From positions 1-42,532 of the forward strand of contig JBNGIO010001771.1 of NCBI GenBank assembly GCA_049999805.1: DNA of 42,532 nucleotides. Direction: 5' to 3'. This document shows, one piece after another, positions 1 to 13,090 of the stretch; position 1 is the first letter of the stretch, and every line of letters starts with the position of its first letter. The notes under the pieces are model-generated. The model was not told where the DNA came from, ran no database searches, and worked only from the letters and a program-made list of their open reading frames with translations. Made by a program: the position numbers and the translations under genes. The stretch is from Folioceros fuciformis (Eukaryota).

Positions 1-161
1 ACCGATTCGCCCAAAGTACCATGGCCCAAGGAGACTTTGGGTATAAATACCCCGGTTTTATTCTCAACCCAAGTCGCTTTCTCCTTCATTTTACACAAAA
101 AACCAAAATCCACCAAATTTGTCACTCAAAAAGGGGTTTGCGAATATTTTTTCCCTCTACA
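1..161 (+). mobile_element. 3' end of an LTR, probably from an element nested in the copia below
   Basis: GGTATAAATACCCC TATA motif at ~40-53, also present in the LTR at 1684-1979. The segment ends in ...CTCTACA at 161, just before the copia integrase frame appears. Confidence 0.5.
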
Positions 162-1683
162 TAAACACAATAGTAAACCTCTTGAATTGGTTCATAAAGA
201 TGTTTGTGGACCTATGCCCACTATAACATTAGGCGGTGCATCCTAGTTTGTCACTTTCATAGATGATTTCTCTCGCAACGTGTGGGTTTATCCTTTGAGG
301 AAAAAGGATGATGTTCTGACAGTGTTTCAGAAATTCGTCACCCTTGTGGAGAATCAATGTGGCCTCCGACTAAAGTGTCTAAGAACAGACAATGGGGGAG
401 AGTATGTTTCGAAGGCTTTCTAGTCATTTTGTGATTCCAAGGGAATCAAGAGAGAATTGACTGCCCCGTATACTCCTCCCTAGAATGGTGTGGCTGAACA
501 AATGAACAGGACCATCCAGGAAAGGATGTGTAGTTTGTTGTCAAACTCTGGATTGCCTAACGAATTTTGAGCAGAAGCAGTGGCTACTGCGGTGCATCTT
601 ATTAACATATCTCCTAATAAGGCTGTGGATGAGTAGGTTCCAAAGGAGCTGTGGTCTGGAAAGAAGCTGTCTAACAAGCATCTACGAGTGTTTGGCTGCA
701 AAGCATACTACCATGTTCCAAAGGAGTTTCGGGACAAGTTGGCACCCAAGTCCAGAAAATGTATTTTTCTTGGCTATGGTGAATCTGGTGAGATGGGATA
801 TCGTCTATGGGATCCAGAGGCCAAGAGGGTGGTTCGCAGCAATGACGTGTTCTTCAATGAAACCAAGATGCACAAGAAGTCTACTCCAACTGTAGAGGTG
901 CGACAGGTGGTCTTCCAAGAATATGGACTTGACTGTCCCGTGCAGGTTGAACAACATGATGTGCAAGAACAAGTTCCTCCACTTGTAGAAGAGGAGAGAG
1001 TGCAACCAGCTCCGATCAAGGGGCCAGTGCTTCGTAGGTCAAGAAGGATTTCACGTCCTCCTGACAAGTATGTTGCATCTCTTGATTATGTCATGTTAAC
1101 GGATTGTGCGGAGCCCTCTTGTTACCAAGAGGCCATGTCAGTGACTGATAAGGACAAGTGGGAGAAGGCGATGCAGTCGTAGATGGATTCGCTCCATAAG
1201 AACCAAACTTGGGAGTTGGTTCAGTTGCCTAGGGGCAAGAAGGCGTTGCCATGCAAATGGGTGTATAAGATGAAGGACATACCCCATTATGGCAAACCCC
1301 GTTATGCATAACGCTATCTACCATAGAGGCCGAGTATGTTGCAGTGATTGAGGCTTGCAAGGAAGCCATGTGGTTTGCTCGTTTAGTGGGAAATTTGGGG
1401 ATCAAGGTTGAGCTGCTAGTGTTGCATAGTGATAGCCAGAGTGCTATCCAATTGGCGAAGAATCCAGTGTTTCATGCGAAGACCAAACATGTGGAAGTGA
1501 AGTATCATTCGAGAGGTGTTGGAAGACAAGAGGGTGCAGCTTGTCAAAGTTCACACTAGTTAGAACCCTGTAGATATTCTTACCAAGGAGCTCTCTACGG
1601 AGCAATACGCACAAGCTCAGACACTCATGGGCATGAGGTAGACCACTCTTCTATGAAGGTAAATTGGCCTTTAAGTAGGAGGT
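162..1683 (+). mobile_element. Degenerate Ty1/copia internal region: integrase, start of RT, RNase H, polypurine tract
   Basis: Integrase motifs KPLELVHKDVCGP, LRTDNGGEY, P*NGVAE and FGCKAY...KCIFLGYG. RT start (W..AM...[21 protein letters not shown]) joins directly to RNase H (LSTIEAEY, DSQSAIQLAKNPVFHAKTKH). Many in-frame stops. PPT AAGTAGGAGG at 1673-1682. Confidence 0.92.
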
Positions 1684-1979
1684 TGTAGAGTTATTAAAGC
1701 CCAATGTGCTTAGACTAATATGTTTAGTCTAAGATTAGTGTCTAGTTAAGTATCATTTGTTTAGATTAGATTAAGCTAATGTGTAGGAAGCTTCTTGCGC
1801 AGCTTCTTGTGCGCTTCTTGTGAAGCTTCCTAGGGAGCTCTTCTAAAGGGTATAAATACCCCCTTGAGCTCCCTTGCTATTGAGAGACTCTATTGTGAGA
1901 GTGTGTCCTCTCTTTTCTCCTTCTCCTTGCCTCTCCTCCTCTCCTCCTTCACCATGTAGCTCCTTCTAGCAATCCTACA
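1684..1979 (+). mobile_element. 3' LTR of the copia element (~296 bp)
   Basis: Follows the PPT. Termini TGTAG...CTACA form a perfect 5-bp inverted repeat. Internal TATAAATA and a CT-rich downstream part. Confidence 0.8.
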
Positions 1980-4099
1980 TGGGGGGCAGTATTTTAGGAC
2001 CTTGTACGAGATTGGTCATAGCCTAAGATGCTTTTTTCATCTCCCTTCCTCAATTGCTTGATAATGTCCTTGAGGCTTCTTGTGAATGGATGCCCTATAA
2101 GTCATTTTGGGCACCATAGGGAGCGAAGGGTCTCTTCTCCTCCTTCATGTGAGGTTTCAAATCCTGTTGCGAAAGGGTCCAAGTCCTGTTTTATTTGTTG
2201 GTGTCATGAGAACTGTGCTACCTAGTACTCTGCAAGTGTGCTTACATCTTTTCTAGTTCTAATGTTGCCTCCTTTGGGGTTTGCGACAACCATTTGTAGA
2301 ACTTGCCTTGATCTTGCTAGTACCTCTCATTGATTTGGATCAGGGACTCTATTCGTAGAGAATGTAGGCGATTGCCACGACCAACTAGGAGGCTCCCTAG
2401 TAGAGTAGAGTGGGGCCAATGTTTGATAATCTCGAAGTAGCGATTTGCAAGGTTATTGAGGAGGTACTTGACTTTAGCTCGAAAAGTTCCGTGGTGTCAA
2501 AAGCTATCGAAGATTCTTGAAGAGACTTCCTGAGGTTCATTGCATGGGCCAAAAGTCCCTTAACTTGTTTTTGGAACTTTTGGATGTTTTCAATTTGAGG
2601 TCTTTTTGTGAGTGCTACTGGGGAGAGAGTGAATCTTGCCTCTGGCCTGGCTAAGGATTCTAGCACCAATTGTTCTAGGGTGGGTTCAGTAGGGGTGTGC
2701 AAGCGTCAAGACCGAGACACATAGAAGATTTGCTTCCCGATTTGAGCATGGCGTGTTGTCCATTTGCTGTTTTGTGTAGGGATGGGTCTACGTCTGAGGA
2801 GTGGAGGCCTTTGGGTAGTCATCGCTCCTTGTGTGCGATATAGGAGAACTTAGGGTCCTGGGCTATAGAGCCTCTCCTATCTATACATATTGCGAGCTGC
2901 ACCCATTAGGCCCCCTACCAAGATCCACCTTTTCCATCGGAGTGCCCCATCACCGAGTGCTGTGCTCAATTTCGAGCGGCGAGAGTCATTCTAAGGAATC
3001 CAAGTCCTATGTGCCCTTTTTAATGGGGCAGTGTCACATTTCTCGATGTCAAGGAGTCTCGAGGGCTGGGAGCTTCTTGTGTGCTTAGGTTGTCCGTTTG
3101 TGATAGGTTCTAATTTGTGGTGCCTCGTTCAGGCAGATTGTAGTTTCCTAACAGTGAGGGGTCCTGGTGTCGGGAGAAGTGTCACAAGTGGTCTTTGAGA
3201 TTCTTGGGACTTTGTGTTCCACATCAGGGCGACATGTCTCGTTTCTCGATGTTGAGGGGCCCCAATGTCTATGCTCCCTTTGTCTGCCTAGGTTCCTATT
3301 ATCCATAGGGTTTGGGGTCCCTTCCACCTTTTCGGGGGGTTTTGTCACATTTCTCCACTGTTGAGAGGTCTCATTGTCGGGAGTCCTTCTATTGATGTTC
3401 CTTGATGAATCATAGGATCTCAAGTCCATATGCTTGGAAGTCCCTATCCTAAGACTCTCTATGGCCATTAAGGTGCTCTCTTTCGTGGGGAGCCCCGAGC
3501 CCCAGTGCCTATTTAGGAGCAATTTGTCTCTTGATTTAGTGGGACTCGTGTTTTTATGTGTACGTATCCTTCCCAACTTAGATGATGTTCTGTTTTGGGA
3601 GTCCCACACTTCAAGCTATTAGTGTGGGGAGTGTATTTTGTGCTCTTCAAGATGTTACCAAAGTACAAATAGACAAAACCTCCTCAATTTCAAACGTTGT
3701 TTCATCACTTCTTCTCATAGGGATCCGAGAGCTTGAAGCCTCCCTTCTCGAGAAGCAATATAGGCAAGACCAACTTACTCCTCTCAAAGACTCTTTTATC
3801 CCTTGGCCAATTCTAGCTTGCTTACACTTGTGCTAAGGAATGGACACGAGCTCTTGGCTCGCGCCTTTGACAACTCAATCATGCATCTAGTCTGATGCCC
3901 TATAGTAGAGTATCACTACTTAATATGGTGCAATTTAGATGATTGTTTTTCCTTTGGCCAAGAAGGGTGCCCTCTTGCCCTATACGAATAGTTGTATCTT
4001 GTTAGACTAAGTTTCCTTTCAAACTAATCTATTCTTGATTTAGAAGGACCAAGTTTTGGTGGTTGGTATGGTTGTAACATGTTGCACATGTTACTTCGT

Positions 4100-4470
4100 T
4101 CACAAGCTCATCATCCTCATCCCTCCAAGTTGAGTAGTGCAGGGGTGCCCATTGGTGAACATCCACAAATACACCCCCATGCATGTAGATCCGGCATACC
4201 TTCGTTCCTCTTGCTTTTGAAACCGATGAGCCCGCAACCAAGCAATTTTTTCAAATTACTCAAGATCTATGCCAAGGCATACCCAAATAGGAAAAATGGA
4301 ATAATGGTGTCCCTTTGTTCAATAATGTGGCCTTCTTGTGAGCCTTCTCTCAATAGCAAGTGTCAAAGGACGTTGACAAAGGTTTTGTATATAACAACAA
4401 GTGTAAGTGAGGTGGCATCAGCAACTTCAATGGCATATAGACCCTTTCACCTCCTAGATCATGATTAAGT
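4100..4470 (-). mobile_element. Highly decayed non-LTR (LINE) reverse transcriptase fragment
   Basis: Minus-strand translations give, in the expected order, LTLVVIYKTFVNVL (~LTLLNxxYKxxAKxL), IDLE*FEKIAW (~LDLEKAFDRVxW) and VHQWAPL (~VRQGCPL), with stops and frameshifts. Confidence 0.5.
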
Positions 4471-4967
4471 TTCTTCCATAGCTTAACACATGATGGCCTT
4501 GGAAGCTAGTCCTTTTTGGCCCAATTCATTGCCTTCAGTGGTTTTCTCCTCTTTTTCAAGGCAAACGAATGTTTCTATCTTATTTTTCAAATTTATTTTC
4601 ATCTCTTCTTTGCCAAATATCTATGGTTTCGAAGCACCTGTAATTGGACCGAGGAAAAATGAGCATTGTATTTTTAGTCTTGATATATCGCCTTTCCTTC
4701 CGCGGCTGCGTCTTTAAGCAACGGGTGCCCCCAGTTATACCATCAGGGAGATACATAGACGGCGAAACGATTCTCCCATCAATATCATTATTTCGAAATA
4801 AATTTCTCTTCTCCTTCTTCGTACCCCGATGTCCGGGCCCAATAAAATCGAGCGGTTCCCGGTTGCCTCCATACTCGCCCGGGCGGCATTTACACACACA
4901 TGATGCGAGTTGCTGTCTATGTGCGTACATGTGTAATCGGATAGACCGTCGCTCGTTGTTACAGCGA

Positions 4968-4973
4968 CACGTG
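4968..4973. promoter_or_regulatory. G-box (CACGTG) about 145 bp upstream of the SBPase start codon
   Basis: GACACGTGG context in the proximal promoter of a Calvin-cycle gene. Function is inferred from position only. Confidence 0.35.
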
Positions 4974-5116
4974 GACAAACGGCTTGTGGCTCTTATTCGT
5001 CTCCTCTATCTCCCTTCATGCTGTTGCAAAATTCACGACAGGAGCGGCAGTAATCAGTTGGCTGCCGGACGCTTGCAGAGGCAAGAATTTGGGCGGCGAC
5101 TAGACGAAGCAAGGCA

Positions 5117-6982
5117 ATGGCGTCCATGGTTGCAGCACCCGGCGCCGTTGCAGCTTCCTGCGGCCTGGCTTCCTCGCAAGCCTCTTCCGTGGCCGCATCC
5201 AACTCGTCCGTGGTCCAGGCCTCTCCAGTGCGATGCGCGGCCGCTGGTAGCAAGAGCCTGGTGAGCTCGCGTTGCATCCGGCCAGATTCAGCTTGCAATG
5301 CGGAGCGAGAGGAGTAACTTGAGGACGGCAGTAATTTGGCAATGTGTGTGAATGGCGCGTTCCGCAGGCAGGAAGAGCTAGCGCCTTGTATGGAAAGAGT
5401 GTCGCAGGGCCGCAGGTTTCGTTGAGGTCGCAGCGGGGTTTTGCTGTCTCGAGGAAAGCTGGAGTGGCAAGAGCCGAGCTGGGAGACAGTTTGGTTAGTG
5501 TCTGTGTGTTTGGAGAGTTTAGGATGGCGATCCGGATGGGATTTGGTTTGAGGTGACAGTTCTGGTGTGCAGGAGGAATTTCTGTCCAAGGCCACGAGTG
5601 ATAAAAGTCTGGCTAGGTTGCTCGTTTCTCTCGGAGAAGCTATCCGTACCATTGCGTTCAAGGTGCGGACCGCGTCCTGCGGCGCCACGGCCTGTATTAA
5701 CACGTTCGGAGACGAGCAGTTGGCCGTGGATCTGTTGGCGAACAAGTTGCTTTTTGAGGTTATAGTTTGTTTTTGCTTGTCAGGAATTTCTTTCATGGCG
5801 GTTGGTGTGAATTTTGGGAGAGGTTTCCTGAGTCTTGCAATTTCGGCATCCAGGCTCTTCAATTTTCGCACGTTTGCAAGTATGCTTGCTCTGAAGAGGA
5901 TCCGGAGCTGCTCGACATGGGAGGTCCAGTGGAAGGTGCACGTTTTGACGGGAATGGATTTGTCGGTTTTGCGGCCTTGGTGCGTTCTAGCTTCCAGTTT
6001 GCTTGAACTGAAGTTCGGGAACATTTGTGTGTGGCAGGTGGCTTCAGTGTGGCTTTCGACCCTCTTGACGGGTCGAGCATTGTGGATACCAACTTCACGG
6101 TGGGAACTATTTTTGGGGTTTGGCCTGGTGACAAGCTGACTGGCGTCACCGGCAGGGATCAGGTGGCAGCAGCTATGGGCATCTACGGGCCCAGGACAAC
6201 CTATGTTATCGCAGTTAAAGGCTTCCCTGGAACTCACGAGTTCCTTCTCTTGGATGACGGTGAGTGGGTCCGCGACATAGTGTAGTTGCCGTGGCCCGAG
6301 CGGCCTGAGTGCTGACGTGCTCAGCTCTCGCTGTATTGCAGGGAAGTGGCAGCATGTAAAGGAAACTACAACCATAGGTGAAGGAAAGCTCTTTTCTCCA
6401 GGAAATCTGCGAGCCACCTTCGACAATCCAGACTACGAGAAGGTGGTTAACCTCCTCCTGCCCTGGCCACCTGGCTACGCGGTACTTTTTCCATTGTCAT
6501 TGACTTACGTGTTCGTCATTCTTTGTGTCTATTATCAGTTGATCAACTACTACGTGAGCGAGAAATACACTCTTCGTTACACCGGAGGGATGGTCCCCGA
6601 CGTGAACCAGGTAGGGAAAAAGTATCTGAAAAGTATTATTCCTTCACTTAGGTGATTCTCTGGGGAGCAGAGTTCTCAGCTCTCTCGACCCTGGTTTTTG
6701 TGCTCCCAGATCATCGTGAAAGAGAAAGGTATCTTCACGAACGTCACTTCGCCGACCACTAAGGCCAAGTTGAGACTGCTCTTCGAGGTTGCACCTCTGG
6801 GACTCCTGATTGAGAACGCGGGGGGCTTTAGCAGCGATGGGAAGCAGTCGGTTTTGGACAAAGTTGTGGTAAACACCGACGACAGAACGCAAGTGGCTTA
6901 CGGGTCGAAGGAGGAGATCATCAGATTCGAGAAGACCTTGTATGGGTCGTCTAGGCTAGCCCCAGTGGCAGCTGCTGTGTAG
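5117..6982 (+). CDS. SBPASE: Chloroplast sedoheptulose-1,7-bisphosphatase, 8 exons
   Basis: Exons 5117-5260, 5368-5493, 5573-5758, 5854-5935, 6038-6259, 6342-6442, 6539-6610, 6710-6982, all GT-AG and in frame. Ala/Ser-rich transit peptide, redox motif [36 protein letters not shown] and [12 protein letters not shown]. Confidence 0.97.
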
Positions 6983-7238
6983 AGTGCCAACTGCTATTTG
7001 ATTCTGTGTAATTTTACAGCATGAGAACATTTGCCAATTGATATACAATGAATGGGCTTCATTTGCCTGAGGAAAAATCCAACTCGTGAAATCAATTTGC
7101 AGAAGAAACCAAACTCCAAAAAAAAATGTCATATCATCGGTCGACAATTAGCGTAGTTGTCGGCTTGCCAGTGCAAGTTGCGAACTTCGCAAAGCCGAAT
7201 CATACGGCAGGCAGGTATGCCCTGCCCACACGCCGTTT

Positions 7239-10200
7239 TCATTGAAATGACGAACTTTGGAGCATCTGTTCCAATTCCTTGAAGCCACGAGATACGTCCT
7301 CCACGGCCGCAGGAGGTAGGGGCAGTCGCCGAACCTCAGTCATGTACCTGCAATCACAAGCACGCCATCAGGGACTGCTCAAATCCAAGGGATGATTGAG
7401 GCGCTGCAAACGAGCACGGATGAACGTTACCTATTTGCAAGGGTGCTCAGTTTGTCTCTGAGCCCTGTTTCAGCTCCTTCATACTCCAATCCATTGGCAT
7501 ACAAGAAGGCGCCACTGCCACCAACAACCTTTTGGCCGAGAGCAGAAACTGTCCACTCAAACAACACAGCGAGGAGTGATCGAAGAATTCTCAACCGTAA
7601 TTTGGGCTGCAGTGGAACACTCGCAAGGAAACGATCATATGTCCGTTGCACGGGTTCAGGATCTCCTTTGCATGCCACGAGAAGCGCTCTAGGTATGTCC
7701 TCATCCCCTACTTCCTCCACCTTCGATGAGACTCTTTCCTGTTGACACAAGTGCAGTCAGCAGCCCGACCACACGACTTCATGCCACCGACATGAGCGAA
7801 TTTCAGCGGCGACCATCTTATCTTACCTCAGTCGCAGGCTCAAGAAAATGGCAGATCGCATCCAGAGGAATACTTCCTCCATCTCCAGGGTATAAAAGGA
7901 GTCCCACCCTCCGTACGACAGCACAGGCCTCAGCAATGCCTCCAACATTCAGAGCCTGTTCGAGTAGTCTAGTCCAGGTTGCTCGCATATGGCTATTGTC
8001 CGCGTCGCCTGCATAATTAGAGAAGTGGAGTATTTCCAAACAGACCTGCACTACCCCTTGTGAGATTCAATCTCAGAAAATCCTTTTCCCACGTCTGACC
8101 AAAAAGCTTTACCTCCCAGAGCTCGAATGGAACAGCATAGTCATTGTAGAGGTGAGTGATGCTCTTCAGCTCGAACCCTAGCTCTCCAGCTTTGTCCTTC
8201 GCGGTGCGTGCCCTCACAACTCCCAGCATTGCAGCTTGACTGGGAAATGCTTCTGTTTGAGAAGTTGAAGGTTCGCTTTCCATAGCGTTCTCCATTCCAG
8301 ACCTCGATGCGATACGCTCTAGCTCGTCTCTGATCTTTATTTGGAAACGAAGCACCGCTAGCTTGCCTTCAAGGAGCTCCAGCAAGCTGCTTTGGCCAAT
8401 ATCCGGAGAGGAAGGAACCGTTCCAGATCCATGGCCAACACTTCTCGCTTGTAACACAGCATTGCTCAGGTAATCAAACCTGTGTGTGACATACAGGGAC
8501 AACATCTCAGTAGGGCAGACAGCTGAAGTAATAGCTAAGTAGATTCTCCAACCGATTCAAATCAGAAGGAAATCACCCACACATCATCAACAGACCTCTG
8601 CTCAAGAGTTATACGTTCAGCTCCCTCTGGTTGTCTCATTTCAGCCAGACGCAATAGAACATGTGCGGCGTATGCATGCTGCCGCTTGTGGACATAATAG
8701 CGTGACAAAAGCTCTAGGTACTTCGCTTGTTCACCAGTGATCTGCTGCCGCAAATGTGTATCAGGCCCCTGTAAAGAGGTCAACCCAGAACTGTTTGGTC
8801 CACTAAATTTCTGCAGGTACGCGGAGAGCAAACGTCAGTAGAACTAAGAAAATAACACAAGATTAGGAAAGTAGACTTTCACAGTAAAATAGTCCACCTT
8901 TGCAGCATGTGAAGATCCGGCACTCTGCAGGAATGGTACCAAGTCTGGGCCAGCCATCTCCAGAAGTTCCTTCACCAGACCAAGGTCAATCATAGCCTGG
9001 TATAAGTGTTCATGGAATGCACGGTCAGGCCATCTCACTCCAAGTTGTATGATCTGACGAATGTAATGATCTCTTGTGCTGTCATCCATAGAGGATCTCG
9101 CTCCTGCAGGAATAGGGGATCCAAACTCTGCCCGAAGCCCATTCTGCCCAGATAGACCCTTCAAGGACCGCAAAGCATTTGTCACCACGTCATAGCACCG
9201 TATCCGTGCTGCTAGTGCTTCCTGTTGTCGACTTGCATCGATGTGTTCATTAAAAGCATCTTCTGCAGGATCTAGCGCACGAGCTTTCCGCAGAGGCAAC
9301 TCTACAACAGCTTCATAGAACCTGCAAAAATAGAACATCATACAATACACGGTGAGAGATGTTGGCAAAGACATATTAAACGCACTGGAAACACTTGAAT
9401 TCAATAAGAACTTGCCTGATGTCTTCAAATCGCTGACAAATACTGAGTAAGTCTGCAGTTTCAGGTACTTTCTCAAGCATAATCAGTGCTTCCCTCGCCA
9501 GGCGCTCTCTCTCTTCTATATCTCTTGTACCCGCTGCTCTCTCCAAACATTCTACTGCCTGATAGAACTGGTAGTCTGACTCATTGTAATAGCTTGAACA
9601 ACCTTCTCTAAGCTTCAAGCTGATATCATCAACTGTTCCCCTGCCATCTGGTGCCACATAATACTGCACAACAAGTGGAGACCTGTGAGCAGCGAAAACC
9701 TTAGGAGCTCCTTTCACAAGGCTAAAAGCTGGACAAACAACATACTCAGGGTAACACTTTTCAGACCTCCATCAGACCTGCCACAAGACGAGTGGCAGTC
9801 TGCTCCCCATCCCGCGAGCAGACAAACTGGTGAAAGGTAAGTTGTGACAATTGCTGTCGGGTGGCTGGGTCTAGCCTTTGAGCCAATCGAGCAATATGGT
9901 GCTGTGAAAGCAGCTGCAGTAGTAGCAATGCTTCTCCAGACCTCCTGAGCAAACGCCGAATGGATTCCATACTTCGAGCCTGTGGGGCAAAGTCATTGCC
10001 ATGAGTTATCAACCAAAAAAATGGATGCAAAGAACAATTGTAAGAACAGGGGTGGTCAGCTATATCTCCACGTGGTTTGTACCTCCATAGCAACAAGTTC
10101 TGCTTGGGTGTACGGCAACCGTTGTCTTTTGTTAGGCCCTACATGGCCACCTCTTTCAGTCCCATTTCGCATTGGAGTATCGAAGACACCACCATTCAGA

Positions 10201-13090
10201 TCAGCACGAGAGTATGGATCACCACCATAAGCTGAGAACCCATTGTCAGGATAGCTCCTGAAATCTGTTAACCCCGATACACGCCCATACTGTACCCTTC
10301 TTTGACCCTTCCTAGATCGAAAAAACTGTTCCAACGATCTAACTTTTCCCTCAAGGACTTGCAAGGCATCCATTGGGAGTCTGCAGGCTATAACGCCGAC
10401 CCCATCACCTTCTGCTGCTGACGCCCCCCCCTTGACAACCATTACAGGGAGTTCCCAAATGGAGGATAATAACCTTGCAGCACAAAGACACAGCCCCTCA
10501 TGTGCTCCTGAGAAGACAGGCTCAGCTTCTTGTACCACTTGTCCCATGTTAAAACCCCCAGTAGTTGAGTTCACAGTACCCACCCCAGCTCCTCGCACCT
10601 GAGGTGATCCAACAAGCCTAGGATCGTCAAAGGCTTCAGCGGCCTTCTCCGCAACAGCAGGTGGTACCAGACTTTCCTCATCCACAGTCAACCGAGCAGC
10701 CAGAAGTAAGCACATGGCAGCTCCTTCTCCTTCTCCAAAACGCTGGAAGAACTCCTCCAATGCTGGTCTGAAGGTGTTGGACTCAAAAAGCCTTTGCAAC
10801 AAATCCACTGGCCTATTCAACACAACCTCCATCTGCCCCATTGTGCTGATGATCACTGCTCTTCTTCTGGGAAGGACGTGCTGTGTTGCCAGCTCCCCCC
10901 TTGCCCATAGCCTCTTGGCACGAGTAAACTCATCCGATTCGTCCAGAGTAAGAGAAGGAACATGGCTTGTCTCCCAAATCGAAGCTTCAAGAGCAACAAG
11001 CCGTTCAGAAGGGGGCAGCACATCGGCAATGGCCAGCGTTCTACCCTCCACTCCCAAAACTGTGACAGTCTCCCTCAAGGCTCGAAGACTCCTCGCACCA
11101 GAAGCTGCAAGCCCAAGGTTGCTTGACTGCAAAGGATTTGTTAAGTCCTTCATTGACACCAGTAACCGGGACAGCGTCTGAGGCGAGGAGTCAGACAGCA
11201 AAAGCAATCCACTGGATAAGTATGCTGCTTCAACTTTGAGCACTCCACCTTCTGCTGGATTACGGGGCCCTATTGGAAGGCTTGCAAAGGCTCCTCCAGC
11301 CACACCAAACGGAGGAGCAGGGCGTGTAGTAACCACTCTGAGGACAGTAGGACGATCAAGGCCACCGCCAGATACATTGGCCCCAGATTGGTTTGGTGTG
11401 GTTGATATAAATAGTCGACGCCCGTCAGAGGTAATAGCGACTAAATGTAAATATTTAGACTCGACAGCCGTTAGAGGTGCAAGTGCGACTATGTTAGTTT
11501 TTGGAACACGAGCTCCAGATCTGCCTCCTACACCCCTACTTCCATTGTAACGAGAGTCTCTTTGATCACCAATTCGACTCTCTTCAGCAACCTTTTTCAG
11601 GGCACTATCACCATGCTTTCCCATGTCGTACACTTGCAGTTTTGACTCTTGAGTGCGGGCATACAAGATGTGCCTTTCCTCGTCAACAACTATCTCCACC
11701 ACAGAATCTACAGCTCCAAACTTCAGAGCGTTAGGTACCACCCACCTGATTCATCATCAAACATAAGTTGGAAGCTGCAGGACTGAACAGCAGGGGTCTT
11801 TGCTCTTCACATAATAGAGCCAATGACCATGCAAGACCCAATGAGAAGCTACACAATTAAAAGCTCGCAACACCTCGCTAGACCAGGCAGACAGCAATGC
11901 CCTATACTACGAAACACAGTGTTTGAAGTATCTTCCAGCGTTCACTCCAAAAAGGTTCAGGTGCAAAACTCTGAATGTAAACTAAGGCCAGAAGATCACA
12001 TACCTAGAAAGAAAGCTGCTTACACCACCAGTGTGGCATACTTTCCGACATCGCTTTTGCCAACCCATGCCATTAGTGTAAACAAGTTCATAGATATGGC
12101 CATCTCTCCCACCAAGAAAGATTCGTCCACTGTTAGTGGTCGTGACACAAGTCATGGTGACTCCATCCGTTGGTATGGTGTAGTCGGGTAATGGCTGAAT
12201 CGACAACTCAGAAAACGGATCCGAGCCATCGTTGCTTGCACTACAACAAACACCAAGGAGAACCAGCTGCAAGCACGAAGATCAGCTAAGGATTAGAATT
12301 TCCCGTGTACCACCCTATGAAGCCAGACTTGACCCGTAGGTTAGCACTCAGGCTTTTGCAAACCATTCCATGATGAAATTAACATATTAAACTATTTTCC
12401 TGACCTCAACAGGAGTGGCCAGGATAATGACGTGCTGTAACGCTTCCACAAAAACACTCGGCTTCGCCTTTCCAAAACCCACGGCACAAATGGCCTGCTC
12501 CTCCCCAGAATACTCTGGACATTGCCCGTCCCTGCCACACAAACAATCAGGGGACCCACCACAAACTAGGCACTCAGAATCAAACAAATACGCAAGGCAC
12601 GTTCCTTAGCTCACCATCTATCAAACCGCCACAAGAACAACGTATTGTCCACAGTCGCCCAACACCTCCGTATCGCAGGAAATATTCCACAGAGAGCAGT
12701 GCCCTGCCCCCCTGATGCATTGTACCGTTCAATCAACACAGGTGGGAGCTCCCGCGCATTGACGATATCCACATAAGGCGGCCACTGCAAACGTCACCAA
12801 ATCATCAGAAACGGAAAGTAGCCTCACCCTCACGCACCGTACATAAGAACACCCATTCCCATCAAATCTTCAACTGATCCACCCCTTCCATCAAATGATA
12901 TAAAAAGTCAACATTCCAGACAGCGGACCTCCTTCGGCGGTGTGGAATAAGGCTGGCTGGAGAACCGGGCAGAGTCCAGCGAATCCAGGAGATCACACGA
13001 CGCCGACCGCAAATCCCGAGAGACTGTGTCACTTATAATGCGGCCGGCACCTTCTATATCGCCAACAACCGGCTCATCGTCCCAACTCAT
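7239..13090 (-). CDS. NUP155: Nuclear pore complex protein NUP155 (Nup170 family), multi-exon
   Basis: Start MSWDDE at 13090. Exons encode LPPVLIERYNASGG...WATVDNTLFLWRFD, DGQCPEYSGEEQAICAVG, GRIFLGGRDGHIYEL, LWARGELATQH, PVFSGAHEGLCLC, LYNDYAVPFELWE and EEVGDEDIPRALL. Last exon YMTEVRRL...SSSFQ* has its stop at 7239-7241. Not every internal splice site was verified. Confidence 0.92.

Noticed and set aside
1981..4090. Many short ORFs on both strands
   Set aside because: No recognisable domain or splice structure. Probably old TE debris, but I could not assign a family.
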